64,000 nt of DNA from Deltaproteobacteria bacterium (lineage in GTDB: Bacteria; Desulfobacterota_D; UBA1144; Nemesobacterales; CSP1-2). The stretch is taken from contig JBQTHB010000005.1 of the NCBI GenBank assembly GCA_052390235.1, positions 32,001 through 96,000 on the forward strand. Direction: 5' to 3'. Of this stretch, positions 9,540 to 18,630 are shown one piece after another. Position 1 is the stretch's first letter, and the number at the start of each line of letters is the position of its first letter. The position numbers and the translations under genes were made by a program. The notes under the pieces are model-generated. The model ran no database searches. It was not told where the DNA came from and saw only the letters and a program-made list of their open reading frames with translations.

Positions 9540-12500
9540 ATGTCAGAACGGGAAACGAGAGAACATCACAAAATTCGGCTGAAATTTCCCCTCGGCTCGT
9601 TGCTCCCAATATTGGCTGTTGTTGGATTTGCCATCGCCCTTGGTTCTTCGCACTACTACAAAGCGGCTTCATCGGGAGAGCCTAAGAGAGAGAAATTCAC
9701 TAGAAACGCTTACGAGCTTATTAAACAAACCGACGAGCAGGTAGCCCTCAAGAGCGATGGCTGCATATCCTGCCACACCGAAACCGACTCGCGTTCGATG
9801 CACGAGTCTCCAGCGGTAAACATCGGATGCACGGACTGCCACGGGGGAAATTCAGGGGTATTCGCGCCGGTTGGAGCGGCGTTAGGCTCATCCCCGTATG
9901 ACGAGTCGAAGAATAAAGCCCACGTTCTACCGAAGAACCCGGAGATTTGGAAAACCTCCGCCAACCCGGAGCGCTCCTATACGGCTCTGCTTAAAGAAAG
10001 CGCGGAGTTTGTTAAATTCTTCAATCCCGGGGATCTGCGCGTAGCCGAGGAGACCTGCGGCGAATGCCATCAGGAAGAGGTCAGGAATGTCCGAAAGAGC
10101 CTACACACGACGAGCGGCGTTTTCTGGAGCGCGGCTGGCTATAACAACGGTATCTTAACGCAGAAGCGCCCCATGTTTGGCGAGGCTTACAACCGCGAAG
10201 GCGAGCCGGTTACAATAAGGAGCATTCCGCCTCCTACCAAAGAGGAGATAGAAGAAAAAGGAGAGCTTCCCTTCCTTCTCCCGCTTCCAAAGTGGGAGAT
10301 AATGCGGCCAGCAGACAACTTCAGGGTGTTCGAGAAGGGCGGACTCCTCATAAAATCAATATTCCCCGACCTCGGCAACCCGAACCCTCTCGAAGAGGGA
10401 GGAAAGCCCGACATACGACAGAGCAATCGAGGCTTAGGCACTGGGCTTAGAATCAGCGTTCCGATACTCAATATCCATAAAACGCGGCTCAACGACCCGC
10501 ATCTGTCCCTATTAGGCACTAACGACCAGCCCGGCGACTACAGGTCGAGCGGATGCTCCGGCTGCCACGTCGTCTATGCCAACGACAGAGACCCATTTAA
10601 TTCCGCCGGCTATGCCATTCACGGCAACCTAGGCTTGACCAAAACAGTTGACCCGACGATACCCAAAACGGAATCCGGTCATCCGATAGAGCATAAATTC
10701 ACCTCCGCCATCCCGTCGAGCCAGTGCATCGTATGCCATATGCACCAGCCGAACGTCTTTGTGAACACGTACTTGGGATACACGATGTGGGACTATGAAA
10801 CCGACGCCGAGGCGATGTGGCCAAAGGAGCAGCGATACCCTACCGACACCGAAGCCTTAGCGATACTCCAGAGAAACCCCGAAGAGGCGGCAATTAGAGG
10901 GCTTTGGGGAGACGTGGCATTCCTAGCAAATGTGTGGGACTTAAACTCCAAGCTCAAGCACACGCAATTTGCCGACTACCACGGACACGGATGGAATTTC
11001 CGCGCCGTATTTAAGCAGGATAAAAAGGGCAACTTCCTCGATATTAACGATGCGGTCATTCCGTTTGAGGATATAAATTCCCAGAAACTCCAGCGAGCGG
11101 TCAAAGAAACCACCGAGAACCCCGAAGAGCGCGGCGGAATTCCCGTTCACCTCAAGGACATACATCTCGAAAAAGGGATGCACTGCACCGACTGCCACTT
11201 CGAGCAAGACAGCCACGGAAACGGCAGACTCCACGGCGAGTACGCTAACGCAATTGAAATCGGCTGTATTGACTGCCACGGAACTATAAGGGATAAAGCC
11301 ACGCTCCAAACATCGGGCATCGCCGCCCCTAAGGGGGGACACGACCTGTCCGCTCTCAGAACCCCAAGCGGCGCAAGACGGTTCGTATGGAAGGATGAGA
11401 GGCTCTTCCAGCGCTCTATGGTAACGCCGGGGCTTGAGTGGGAAGTCATACAAGTAGCGGACAGCGTCAATCCCCTTTCCGAGGGGTACAATACAAAAGC
11501 GGCGCGCGCCAAAACCGTCAGGAAAGACGGCGTTACATGGGGGAGCACCCCTTCCCCGGAGCGCGAGAAAACCCTAGCCCACTCGAACGACAACATGGAG
11601 TGCTTCACCTGCCATACTTCATGGACGACAGCCTGCGCCGGGTGCCACCTCCCGATTGAGGCAAACTGGAAGGTTAAGGTGAAGCACTTTGAAGGGCTGC
11701 AGACGAGAAACTTCGCCACTTATAACCCTCAGGCTGTGAGAACCGACCAATTTATCCTCGGCATTCACGGCGCCACGAAAAAAGGGAGAATAGCCCCTAT
11801 CCGCTCCTCAAGCGCTCTTGTGCTAAGCTCCACGAACGCCCAGAGAGAGAGGATTTATATTCAGCAAGCCCCTCTATCCTCAGCCGGCTACAGCAGTCAG
11901 GCGTTTAACCCGCATTTTCCACATACCGTGCGCACAGGGGAGACAAAAACCTGCACCGACTGCCACATATCCGATGCGAATGACAACAACGCGTGGATGC
12001 AGTCGCTCCTTGGGCAGGGGTCTAATTTTGTCAACTTCATCGGGCGCAACGCCTGGGTCGCCCTAGGCGAAGACGGTTTTGAAGCCATAAACGTTACCGA
12101 ATGGCAGGAGCCTCAAGCCGTCATCGGAAGCTACCTGCACAGAGTCGCATACCCCGATTTCTACGCCACGCACAAGGCGGCAGGAGATAATCTGCAAACC
12201 GCCCATCATCACACCGCAACAAACGTTCTCGATATTCAGCTCCGCGGAGAGTATCTATACACGGCGGATGGCGCCGGAGGATTCCGGGCGTTCGACGTGT
12301 CAAACGTTGACAACAAAGGCTTTTCCGAGCGCACCATAACCGCCCCTGTGTCACCCCTCGGACAGCGCACCTACGTGAAGAGCAAATACGCCACAGCCGT
12401 AGGGCTTCCTACGACGATGCCCGTTGACCCCACGCGGTGCTACCGTATCGAGCGGGGCGGAAAACCGTTCAAGCCCGAAGAAGCTATACCCCAAGAGGCC

Positions 12501-13457
12501 TGCCTGCCGGAAAATCAGGAGCAGAAGTTCTCGGACATCTACCGCTATGTGTTCGTTACGGATAAATACGAGGGGCTTTTGGTGATAAACGTTGACACGC
12601 TAGCAGACCGCGACCCGGACAATAACTTCGTCAAGCTCATGGCTAAATTCAACCCCGAAGGGATTCTCGACGGAGCAATAAATATAGCTATTGCCGGCAA
12701 TTACGCCTACATCGCCGCAGATAGAGGACTCGTTGTCGTGAGCATTGAAACCCCGCTTGAGCCGCGAGTCGTAGCAGCCATCGGCGATTCAATGATAGTA
12801 AAGCCCAGGGCCATAGATATTCAGTTCCGCTACGCCTTTGTCATTGACGCCGAGGGGATGAAAACCGTTGACGTCACAAACCCGGAGAAACCCCTTTATG
12901 TATCTTCAGGGAAAATCGCGCTTGGCAGCGAAGCCTTTGACATCTACGTCGCCCGCACCTACGCCTACATAGCCGGAGGCAGGGATGGACTCATTATAGT
13001 TGACATCGAGAAGCCTGAGAAGCCTTTTATAGACCGAATCTATAACGCGGGAGGCAAGATAAACGACACCAGAGACGTCAAAATAGGCACGACCAACGCG
13101 AGCCTATTCGCCTACCTCGCGGACGGGAAAAATGGGCTTCGGGTGCTGCAGTTGACCTCCCCCGACACGACCCCCGGATACTACGGATTCAGCCCGCGCC
13201 CCGCGCCGGAACTGATAGCCACTTACCACACGCACAAGCCCGCCCTAGCAATATCCAAAGGACTCGACAGGGACAGAGCCGTGGATGAGAGCGGCAATCA
13301 GGTAAGCGTTTTCGGGCGCTTGGGTTCAAGACCATTTAACCTCGAAGAGATGAAGAGGCTCTACATCAAAGACGGAAAAATCTACAGGGTTTCCGATAAA
13401 CCGAGGGGAAATTTAACTCCGTTGTCAATGGGGGATGGAGAAGCCGGCGCCCGATAG
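9540..13457 (+). CDS. Multiheme cytochrome c (10 CXXCH) with C-terminal LVIVD-repeat beta-propeller
   Basis: CISCH, CTDCH, CGECH, CSGCH, CIVCH, CTDCH, CIDCH, CFTCH, CAGCH, CTDCH; repeats such as YAYIAGGRDGLIIVDIEKPEKP; N-terminal TM/signal; SD AGGAGG. Confidence 0.88.
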   Translation: MSERETREHHKIRLKFPLGSLLPILAVVGFAIALGSSHYYKAASSGEPKREKFTRNAYELIKQTDEQVALKSDGCISCHTETDSRSMHESPAVNIGCTDCHGGNSGVFAPVGAALGSSPYDESKNKAHVLPKNPEIWKTSANPERSYTALLKESAEFVKFFNPGDLRVAEETCGECHQEEVRNVRKSLHTTSGVFWSAAGYNNGILTQKRPMFGEAYNREGEPVTIRSIPPPTKEEIEEKGELPFLLPLPKWEIMRPADNFRVFEKGGLLIKSIFPDLGNPNPLEEGGKPDIRQSNRGLGTGLRISVPILNIHKTRLNDPHLSLLGTNDQPGDYRSSGCSGCHVVYANDRDPFNSAGYAIHGNLGLTKTVDPTIPKTESGHPIEHKFTSAIPSSQCIVCHMHQPNVFVNTYLGYTMWDYETDAEAMWPKEQRYPTDTEALAILQRNPEEAAIRGLWGDVAFLANVWDLNSKLKHTQFADYHGHGWNFRAVFKQDKKGNFLDINDAVIPFEDINSQKLQRAVKETTENPEERGGIPVHLKDIHLEKGMHCTDCHFEQDSHGNGRLHGEYANAIEIGCIDCHGTIRDKATLQTSGIAAPKGGHDLSALRTPSGARRFVWKDERLFQRSMVTPGLEWEVIQVADSVNPLSEGYNTKAARAKTVRKDGVTWGSTPSPEREKTLAHSNDNMECFTCHTSWTTACAGCHLPIEANWKVKVKHFEGLQTRNFATYNPQAVRTDQFILGIHGATKKGRIAPIRSSSALVLSSTNAQRERIYIQQAPLSSAGYSSQAFNPHFPHTVRTGETKTCTDCHISDANDNNAWMQSLLGQGSNFVNFIGRNAWVALGEDGFEAINVTEWQEPQAVIGSYLHRVAYPDFYATHKAAGDNLQTAHHHTATNVLDIQLRGEYLYTADGAGGFRAFDVSNVDNKGFSERTITAPVSPLGQRTYVKSKYATAVGLPTTMPVDPTRCYRIERGGKPFKPEEAIPQEACLPENQEQKFSDIYRYVFVTDKYEGLLVINVDTLADRDPDNNFVKLMAKFNPEGILDGAINIAIAGNYAYIAADRGLVVVSIETPLEPRVVAAIGDSMIVKPRAIDIQFRYAFVIDAEGMKTVDVTNPEKPLYVSSGKIALGSEAFDIYVARTYAYIAGGRDGLIIVDIEKPEKPFIDRIYNAGGKINDTRDVKIGTTNASLFAYLADGKNGLRVLQLTSPDTTPGYYGFSPRPAPELIATYHTHKPALAISKGLDRDRAVDESGNQVSVFGRLGSRPFNLEEMKRLYIKDGKIYRVSDKPRGNLTPLSMGDGEAGAR

Positions 13458-13494
13458 CAGAGCGCGTAAAATTCCATTTATAAAGGAAATTGAG

Positions 13495-14874
13495 ATGAGA
13501 GATAAAAATAGAGGCTACAGCGCGTTTGCCATATTAATGGGGTTTGTTTTAGCCGTTCTTTGCGTATATGGCGCTTTATGGTCTGGCAGAGAGTCCAAAG
13601 CCGAAGCCCCCTCAGGCGATAAGTACATGGGAGCGGGAACCTGCGCCTCCAGCAACTGCCACGGGGCGGGCGAGGCGAGAAAACGCCCCGGAATCGAAAT
13701 TAACCAAAACGAGCTGTCAATCTGGTTCACTAAAGATAAACACAGAAGGGCTTACGACCTGCTTCTCAACGCCGAGTCCAAGCTGATTGCCAAGAACCTC
13801 AGACTCCCCCAGCCAGCGGAGAAAAGCGAGAAGTGCCTCGTGTGCCACAGCGCCTACGCCTCCCCCGCGCTCCTCGATGAGGGGGTTGATATTACCGACG
13901 GCGTGAGCTGCGAGACCTGTCATGGTCCCTCAGAGAGATGGCTTCAGCCCCACACGGCTTCCGATTGGACTTATGAGAAGTCCCTCGAACTGGGGATGTA
14001 TGATACGAAAAACGTCTTCAGGCGCACAGAAATCTGCCTCGACTGCCATATCGGCAACGGGGCAAGAACGGTTGACCACGAACTCATTGCGGCGGGACAC
14101 CCAGACCTCAACCGATTTGAACTCGATACCTTCCTCGCCTCGATGCCGCAGCACTGGAGAAGAGAGCCGGAAGAAGCCGCACTCAACGGCTGGGCGGGGA
14201 CAAAGCGATGGAGCGCCGGGCAGACTGTATCGCTGAGAAGGTCAATGGAGCAACTCTCCTACCGCACTAAGAAAAATTCATGGCGCGCTTGGCCCGATTT
14301 TGCAGATTTTGACTGCTTCTCCTGTCATCACGACTTGGGGACAGACCCGTGGCGGCAGGCAAAGGGCTACACGCGCACGCCGGGGCTTCCACCTTGGAAC
14401 ACGGCGAGATACGTTACGGTAAGGCACTTGGCGGCAAAAATTTCCCCTAGCCTGAAGGGGCAAATTGACAAGGAAGTCGCCACTCTTTCAGGGTTATTGG
14501 ATAAAGCCGGCTCTGGAGGTCCCTCGCAAATTGCGGCATCTGCGGCGAGGCTGGCGGATTTAATGCGCAGGCTTGAGGCGGCGGGGCAGAGCGCGGCATT
14601 CGACAGGGGACTTACCCTGGGCTTGCTGCTCAGTATTTCCGGGGACGGCGATTACATATCGAACGGTGGGGTTCGCCCGGCGGAGCAGGCGGCATTAGCG
14701 CTTGAGACGCTCTTTTTCACCTATAGCTCAAACATCGCCGCCGCCAACGCGCAGGAGATTCGCAGCGCCATATCGGGGCTATTTGATATTGTCAAAAAAC
14801 CGGAGAGTTACGAGCCGCGAAAATTTAATAATCAGATGAAAGCGGTAAACCGTCTCCTATCGAGCAATAAATAG
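13495..14874 (+). CDS. Multiheme cytochrome c, c554-like N-terminal domain (4 CXXCH + 1 CX4CH)
   Basis: YMGAGTCASSNCH, CLVCH, GVSCETCHGP, CLDCH, CFSCH; N-terminal TM. Start set at ATG 13495 after AAGGA. Confidence 0.85.
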   Translation: MRDKNRGYSAFAILMGFVLAVLCVYGALWSGRESKAEAPSGDKYMGAGTCASSNCHGAGEARKRPGIEINQNELSIWFTKDKHRRAYDLLLNAESKLIAKNLRLPQPAEKSEKCLVCHSAYASPALLDEGVDITDGVSCETCHGPSERWLQPHTASDWTYEKSLELGMYDTKNVFRRTEICLDCHIGNGARTVDHELIAAGHPDLNRFELDTFLASMPQHWRREPEEAALNGWAGTKRWSAGQTVSLRRSMEQLSYRTKKNSWRAWPDFADFDCFSCHHDLGTDPWRQAKGYTRTPGLPPWNTARYVTVRHLAAKISPSLKGQIDKEVATLSGLLDKAGSGGPSQIAASAARLADLMRRLEAAGQSAAFDRGLTLGLLLSISGDGDYISNGGVRPAEQAALALETLFFTYSSNIAAANAQEIRSAISGLFDIVKKPESYEPRKFNNQMKAVNRLLSSNK

Positions 14875-14990
14875 AGCGGATTGCAATTTCATGCGATGGA
14901 GATAATCCGCCAGCAATTACTGGCTACAACATATCTAAATATGTTATTATGCAAGTCGTAAGTAAAAATATATAAAGGAGGGAAACACCA

Positions 14991-16667
14991 ATGAGTAGAT
15001 ATAAATTGCTCGGCTCGGCTCTAGCGATTTTATTCGTCGCTTCAGTCAGTATATCAACGCTGTGGACTGCGTCGCCCGCGAACGCCGCAGACCACAGAGA
15101 AGCCCCGCTAGTGAATTTTCAGCCCGCGCTTGACCTCACCGATAGCTTCGCATTTTTAAGCCCCGATGAGACTCGGCTCGTTGTGGTTAACACGGTTAAT
15201 CCGTTTTCAGTGCCTGCCGTGCTGTCTAGCTACGGGTTCTCCACCACGGCGCTCTATCAAATAAAGATTGACAACAACGGAGATGCCATAGAGGACTTCG
15301 TAGTGCAATGCGTTTTCAGCGGCGGCGGAGGGGCTTTTAACCAAACCGTGAGCTGTTTCGGTCCTGCCGCTCCCACGACAACGGGGGTTGTAAATAGGCT
15401 TCTTCCGGGGTCTCCCGTGGCTCAGGGCCCCACAAATCAAATCATTAACGGCTCGAACGGGGTTCAGGTGTTCGCGGGACTGCGCGAGGACCCGTTTGTT
15501 ACCGACGCCTCGCAGCTCGTCTCCAGAATTATTGGAGCTGGGGGAGTCGTGGCGAATCAGGACGTTGCCCGTGAGTTCACCTCGCCCGCGCTTGGATTCC
15601 TGCGCGGACGCCCAATTAGAGAGGATGGGACAAGCGGCGTGGACACATTCGGCGGATTCAACGCAAGCTCGATTATCGTATCATTCCCGAAGAATTTAGT
15701 GCGCGGTCCCGGATTTTTCGGTATTCCCGGGCTAATTTCATTCTGGGGAACCGTTAACACCCCTGTTGCCGGCTCACCCGGAGATTTTACGCAGGTAGAG
15801 AGATTTGGACAGCAACTCGTAGCCACGGTATTCGTTCCGGGCCCGATGCGAAACGCCTTTAACGCGGCAATACCGCAGAACGATATGGCGGCGTTCGGCA
15901 ACCTAATCCCCGGCACCCTCACCACGACCGACAACGACGGCACGGGTAATACTATCGCTGGCAGAGCGGCTCTGCTCGACGCCGTAGGGGTTACGGCTCT
16001 TCCCAACGGCGCCCCGCTCCTCCTGCCCCCTTCGTTTAATAACACAAACCCGAACCTTCTGAGGATTGCCCTGCTTCCAGATGTGGGAAGGCTCGACTTA
16101 GACCGCGCCCCAGAGGATTTTGCTATTGGAGCGTTTGGGCTTCAGAACGGGCGCACCCCTCAGTTTGATGTTACGGACGTACTGCTGAGGCTTGCCAGAC
16201 AGCTCGCCGATATTAAATTCCCGGACGGCGCTGGAGTTCCGGGGAGCGGCCCGCTTGGAACTAGGGCGGCTCTGAACTGCTCAGATTTGGCTACGTTCCC
16301 GCAGTGTACGGATAGGAGAATATTAGCCGTGCTTCAGGGGACGGATTTTATTGAAGCCGACGATAGAGTGGCAGACGTATCCGACAGCGGGAACATTGTG
16401 GAGTTTCCGAGCGTTACAGGCGGAACAACGGCTCTATTCGCCGAGACTGTGTTTCCGTTCTTCGGAGCGCCGAACGCTCTACCGGGAGATCTGGGAACGT
16501 CAAACTTCCCGCGCCAGACAAACGACGTGTTTGATGTTTTCATCAGCGATGGTGACGGATGCTCGCTTGCCGCATCGGGAAAGGGAAACATGAGCGGCAT
16601 TGGGCTTATGCTACTTGCGCCGGTGGTTTATGTGTTTGTGAGAAGGCTTAGGAAAAAAAATAAATAA
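14991..16667 (+). CDS. DUF4331-like secreted protein with Cys-containing C-terminal sorting signal (copy 1)
   Basis: Signal peptide ending ANA-ADHREAP, VFAGLREDPF, NGR motif; C-terminal GDGCSL-TM-RRLRKK. Confidence 0.78.
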   Translation: MSRYKLLGSALAILFVASVSISTLWTASPANAADHREAPLVNFQPALDLTDSFAFLSPDETRLVVVNTVNPFSVPAVLSSYGFSTTALYQIKIDNNGDAIEDFVVQCVFSGGGGAFNQTVSCFGPAAPTTTGVVNRLLPGSPVAQGPTNQIINGSNGVQVFAGLREDPFVTDASQLVSRIIGAGGVVANQDVAREFTSPALGFLRGRPIREDGTSGVDTFGGFNASSIIVSFPKNLVRGPGFFGIPGLISFWGTVNTPVAGSPGDFTQVERFGQQLVATVFVPGPMRNAFNAAIPQNDMAAFGNLIPGTLTTTDNDGTGNTIAGRAALLDAVGVTALPNGAPLLLPPSFNNTNPNLLRIALLPDVGRLDLDRAPEDFAIGAFGLQNGRTPQFDVTDVLLRLARQLADIKFPDGAGVPGSGPLGTRAALNCSDLATFPQCTDRRILAVLQGTDFIEADDRVADVSDSGNIVEFPSVTGGTTALFAETVFPFFGAPNALPGDLGTSNFPRQTNDVFDVFISDGDGCSLAASGKGNMSGIGLMLLAPVVYVFVRRLRKKNK

Positions 16668-16695
16668 TCCACGTATGTAATGGCTAGTTATCCAA

Positions 16696-16731
16696 ACAGG
16701 GCGACGAAAAACATCGCTCTGTCTTTTTTTT
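16696..16731 (+). terminator. Rho-independent terminator after DUF4331 copy 1
   Basis: Stem ACAGGGCGA/TCGCTCTGT followed by T8. Confidence 0.7.
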
Positions 16732-16800
16732 ATGTTAATCTGCCGCCGCCAATCTATCGTATAGGTATATACAAAACATAACAAGAGGAGGGAAACACCA

Positions 16801-18471
16801 ATGAGTAGATATAAATTGCTCGGCTCGGCTCTAGCGATTTTATTCGTCGCTTCAGTCAGCATATCAACGCTGTGGACTGCGTCGCCCGCGAACGCCGCAG
16901 ACCACAGAGAGGCTCCAGTTATAAACTTTGAGCCGGCTTTAGACATTAACGATACATACGCATTTTTAAGCCCCGACGGGCAGAGACTCGTGCTAGCAAG
17001 CACTCTTAACCCGTTTTCAGTGCCTGCCGTAACCTCGACTTACGGCTTCAATAGACAGGCGCTCTATCAGTTTAAAATTGACAACAGCGGAGACGGCGTA
17101 GAGGACTTCGTAGTGCAGTGCGTTTTCAGCGGCGGCGCCGGGGCGTTTAACCAAACCGTGAGCTGTTACGGTCCTACCCCCCCCCCCACGACAGGGGCTA
17201 TAAACCAGCTTCTCTCCGGCTCTCCGACGGCTCAGGGACCTGTGAATCAAATCATTAACGGCTCGAACGGGGTTCAGGTATTCGCGGGACTGCGGGATGA
17301 CCCGTTTGTTACAGACGCCTCACAGCTCGTCTCCAATATCCTAGGCTCAAGCAGCGCCCCAATTACCTCGGACGTTACCCGTGAATTCACCTCGCCGGCA
17401 CTTGGGTTTCTGCGCGGACGCCCAATTAGAGAGGACGGCAGAAGCGGCGTGGACACCTTCGGCGGATTCAATACAAGCACGATTATCGTATCATTCCCGA
17501 AGAATTTAGTGCGCGGTCCCGGATTTTTCGGTATTCCCGGGCTACTAGGGTTTTGGGGTACGGCAAGCAGGTCAATTCCCAACACGGCGAATTTCGTTCA
17601 AGTTGAGAGATTCGGACAGCAACTCGTTGCCACGGTTTTCGTCCCAAGCGCCATGAGAGATACATTCAACGCGGCAATACCGCAGAATGACATGGCGGCT
17701 TTTTCAAATTTAATTCCTGACGCGCTGACCACGACCGACAGCGACGGCACGGGCAACACCATCGCTGGCAGAGCGGCTCTGCTCGACGCCATAGGGGTTA
17801 CGGCTCTTCCCAACGGCGCGCCCCTACTCCTGCCCCCTTCGTTTAACAACACAAACCCGAACCTTCTGAGGATTGCCCTGCTTCCAGATGTGGGAAGGCT
17901 CGACTTAGACCGCGCCCCAGAGGATTTTGCCATTGGAGCGTTTGGGCTTCAGAACGGGCGCATCCCTCAGTTTGATGTTACGGACGTATTGCTGAGGCTT
18001 GCCAGACAGCTTGCCGATGTCAAATTTCCGGACGGCGCTGGAGTTCCGGGGAGCGGCCCGCTTGGAACTAGGGCGGCTCTGAACTGCTCAGATTTGGCTA
18101 CGTTCCCGCAGTGTACGGATAGGAGAGTGTTAGCCGTGCTTCAGGGGACGGATTTTATTGAAGCCGACGATAGAGTGGCAGACGTATCCAATAGCGGGAA
18201 TGACGCGGAGTTTCCGAGCGTTACAGGCGGAACAACGGCTCTATTTACCGAGACTGTGTTTCCGTTCTTCGGAGCGCCGAACCCGATACCGGGAGCGCCG
18301 GGAACGAGAAATTTCGCCCTCCAGACAAACGACGTGTTTGACGTTTTCATCAGCGATGGTGACGGATGCTCGCTTGCCGCATCGGGAAAGGGAAACATGA
18401 GCGGCGTGGCTTTGATGTTGCTCGCGCCGGTGGTCTATGTGTTTGTGAGAAGGCTTAGGAAAAAAAGCTGA
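16801..18471 (+). CDS. DUF4331-like secreted protein with Cys-containing C-terminal sorting signal (copy 2, tandem paralogue)
   Basis: Same RBS, same first 39 aa and long identical blocks shared with 14991..16667. Confidence 0.78.
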   Translation: MSRYKLLGSALAILFVASVSISTLWTASPANAADHREAPVINFEPALDINDTYAFLSPDGQRLVLASTLNPFSVPAVTSTYGFNRQALYQFKIDNSGDGVEDFVVQCVFSGGAGAFNQTVSCYGPTPPPTTGAINQLLSGSPTAQGPVNQIINGSNGVQVFAGLRDDPFVTDASQLVSNILGSSSAPITSDVTREFTSPALGFLRGRPIREDGRSGVDTFGGFNTSTIIVSFPKNLVRGPGFFGIPGLLGFWGTASRSIPNTANFVQVERFGQQLVATVFVPSAMRDTFNAAIPQNDMAAFSNLIPDALTTTDSDGTGNTIAGRAALLDAIGVTALPNGAPLLLPPSFNNTNPNLLRIALLPDVGRLDLDRAPEDFAIGAFGLQNGRIPQFDVTDVLLRLARQLADVKFPDGAGVPGSGPLGTRAALNCSDLATFPQCTDRRVLAVLQGTDFIEADDRVADVSNSGNDAEFPSVTGGTTALFTETVFPFFGAPNPIPGAPGTRNFALQTNDVFDVFISDGDGCSLAASGKGNMSGVALMLLAPVVYVFVRRLRKKS

Positions 18472-18508
18472 CCTTAGAAATTGACGAATAACTGAACCTC
18501 CTTCGGTG

Positions 18509-18545
18509 GGGGGGTATGGCGTTTCAGTCATTCCCCCCTTTTTTT
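18509..18545 (+). terminator. Rho-independent terminator after DUF4331 copy 2
   Basis: GGGGGGTATGGC/GTCATTCCCCCC stem followed by T7. Confidence 0.65.
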
Positions 18546-18630
18546 ATTGTAACAATCCCCTCAGTACCCGATATTTCATCGCGCGAAATGGTATAATTTT
18601 CATAATCCATCCAATACAGGTCATGAGTAA

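Larger units (their letters stand above)
14977..18471 (+). repeat. Tandem gene duplication (~1.8 kb period)
   Basis: GGAGGGAAACACCA-ATGAGTAGATATAAATTGCTC... occurs before both 14991 and 16801; the coding sequences are colinear. Confidence 0.92.

Noticed and set aside
9540..14874. MtrA/MtrC, Hao or NrfA assignment
   Set aside because: Size, heme spacing and LVIVD tail do not fit; no CXXCK motif.
14991..18471. Diversity-generating retroelement or assembly duplication explaining the DUF4331 pair
   Set aside because: No reverse transcriptase in the window; differences are not adenine-specific and include indels; both copies are intact with different flanks.
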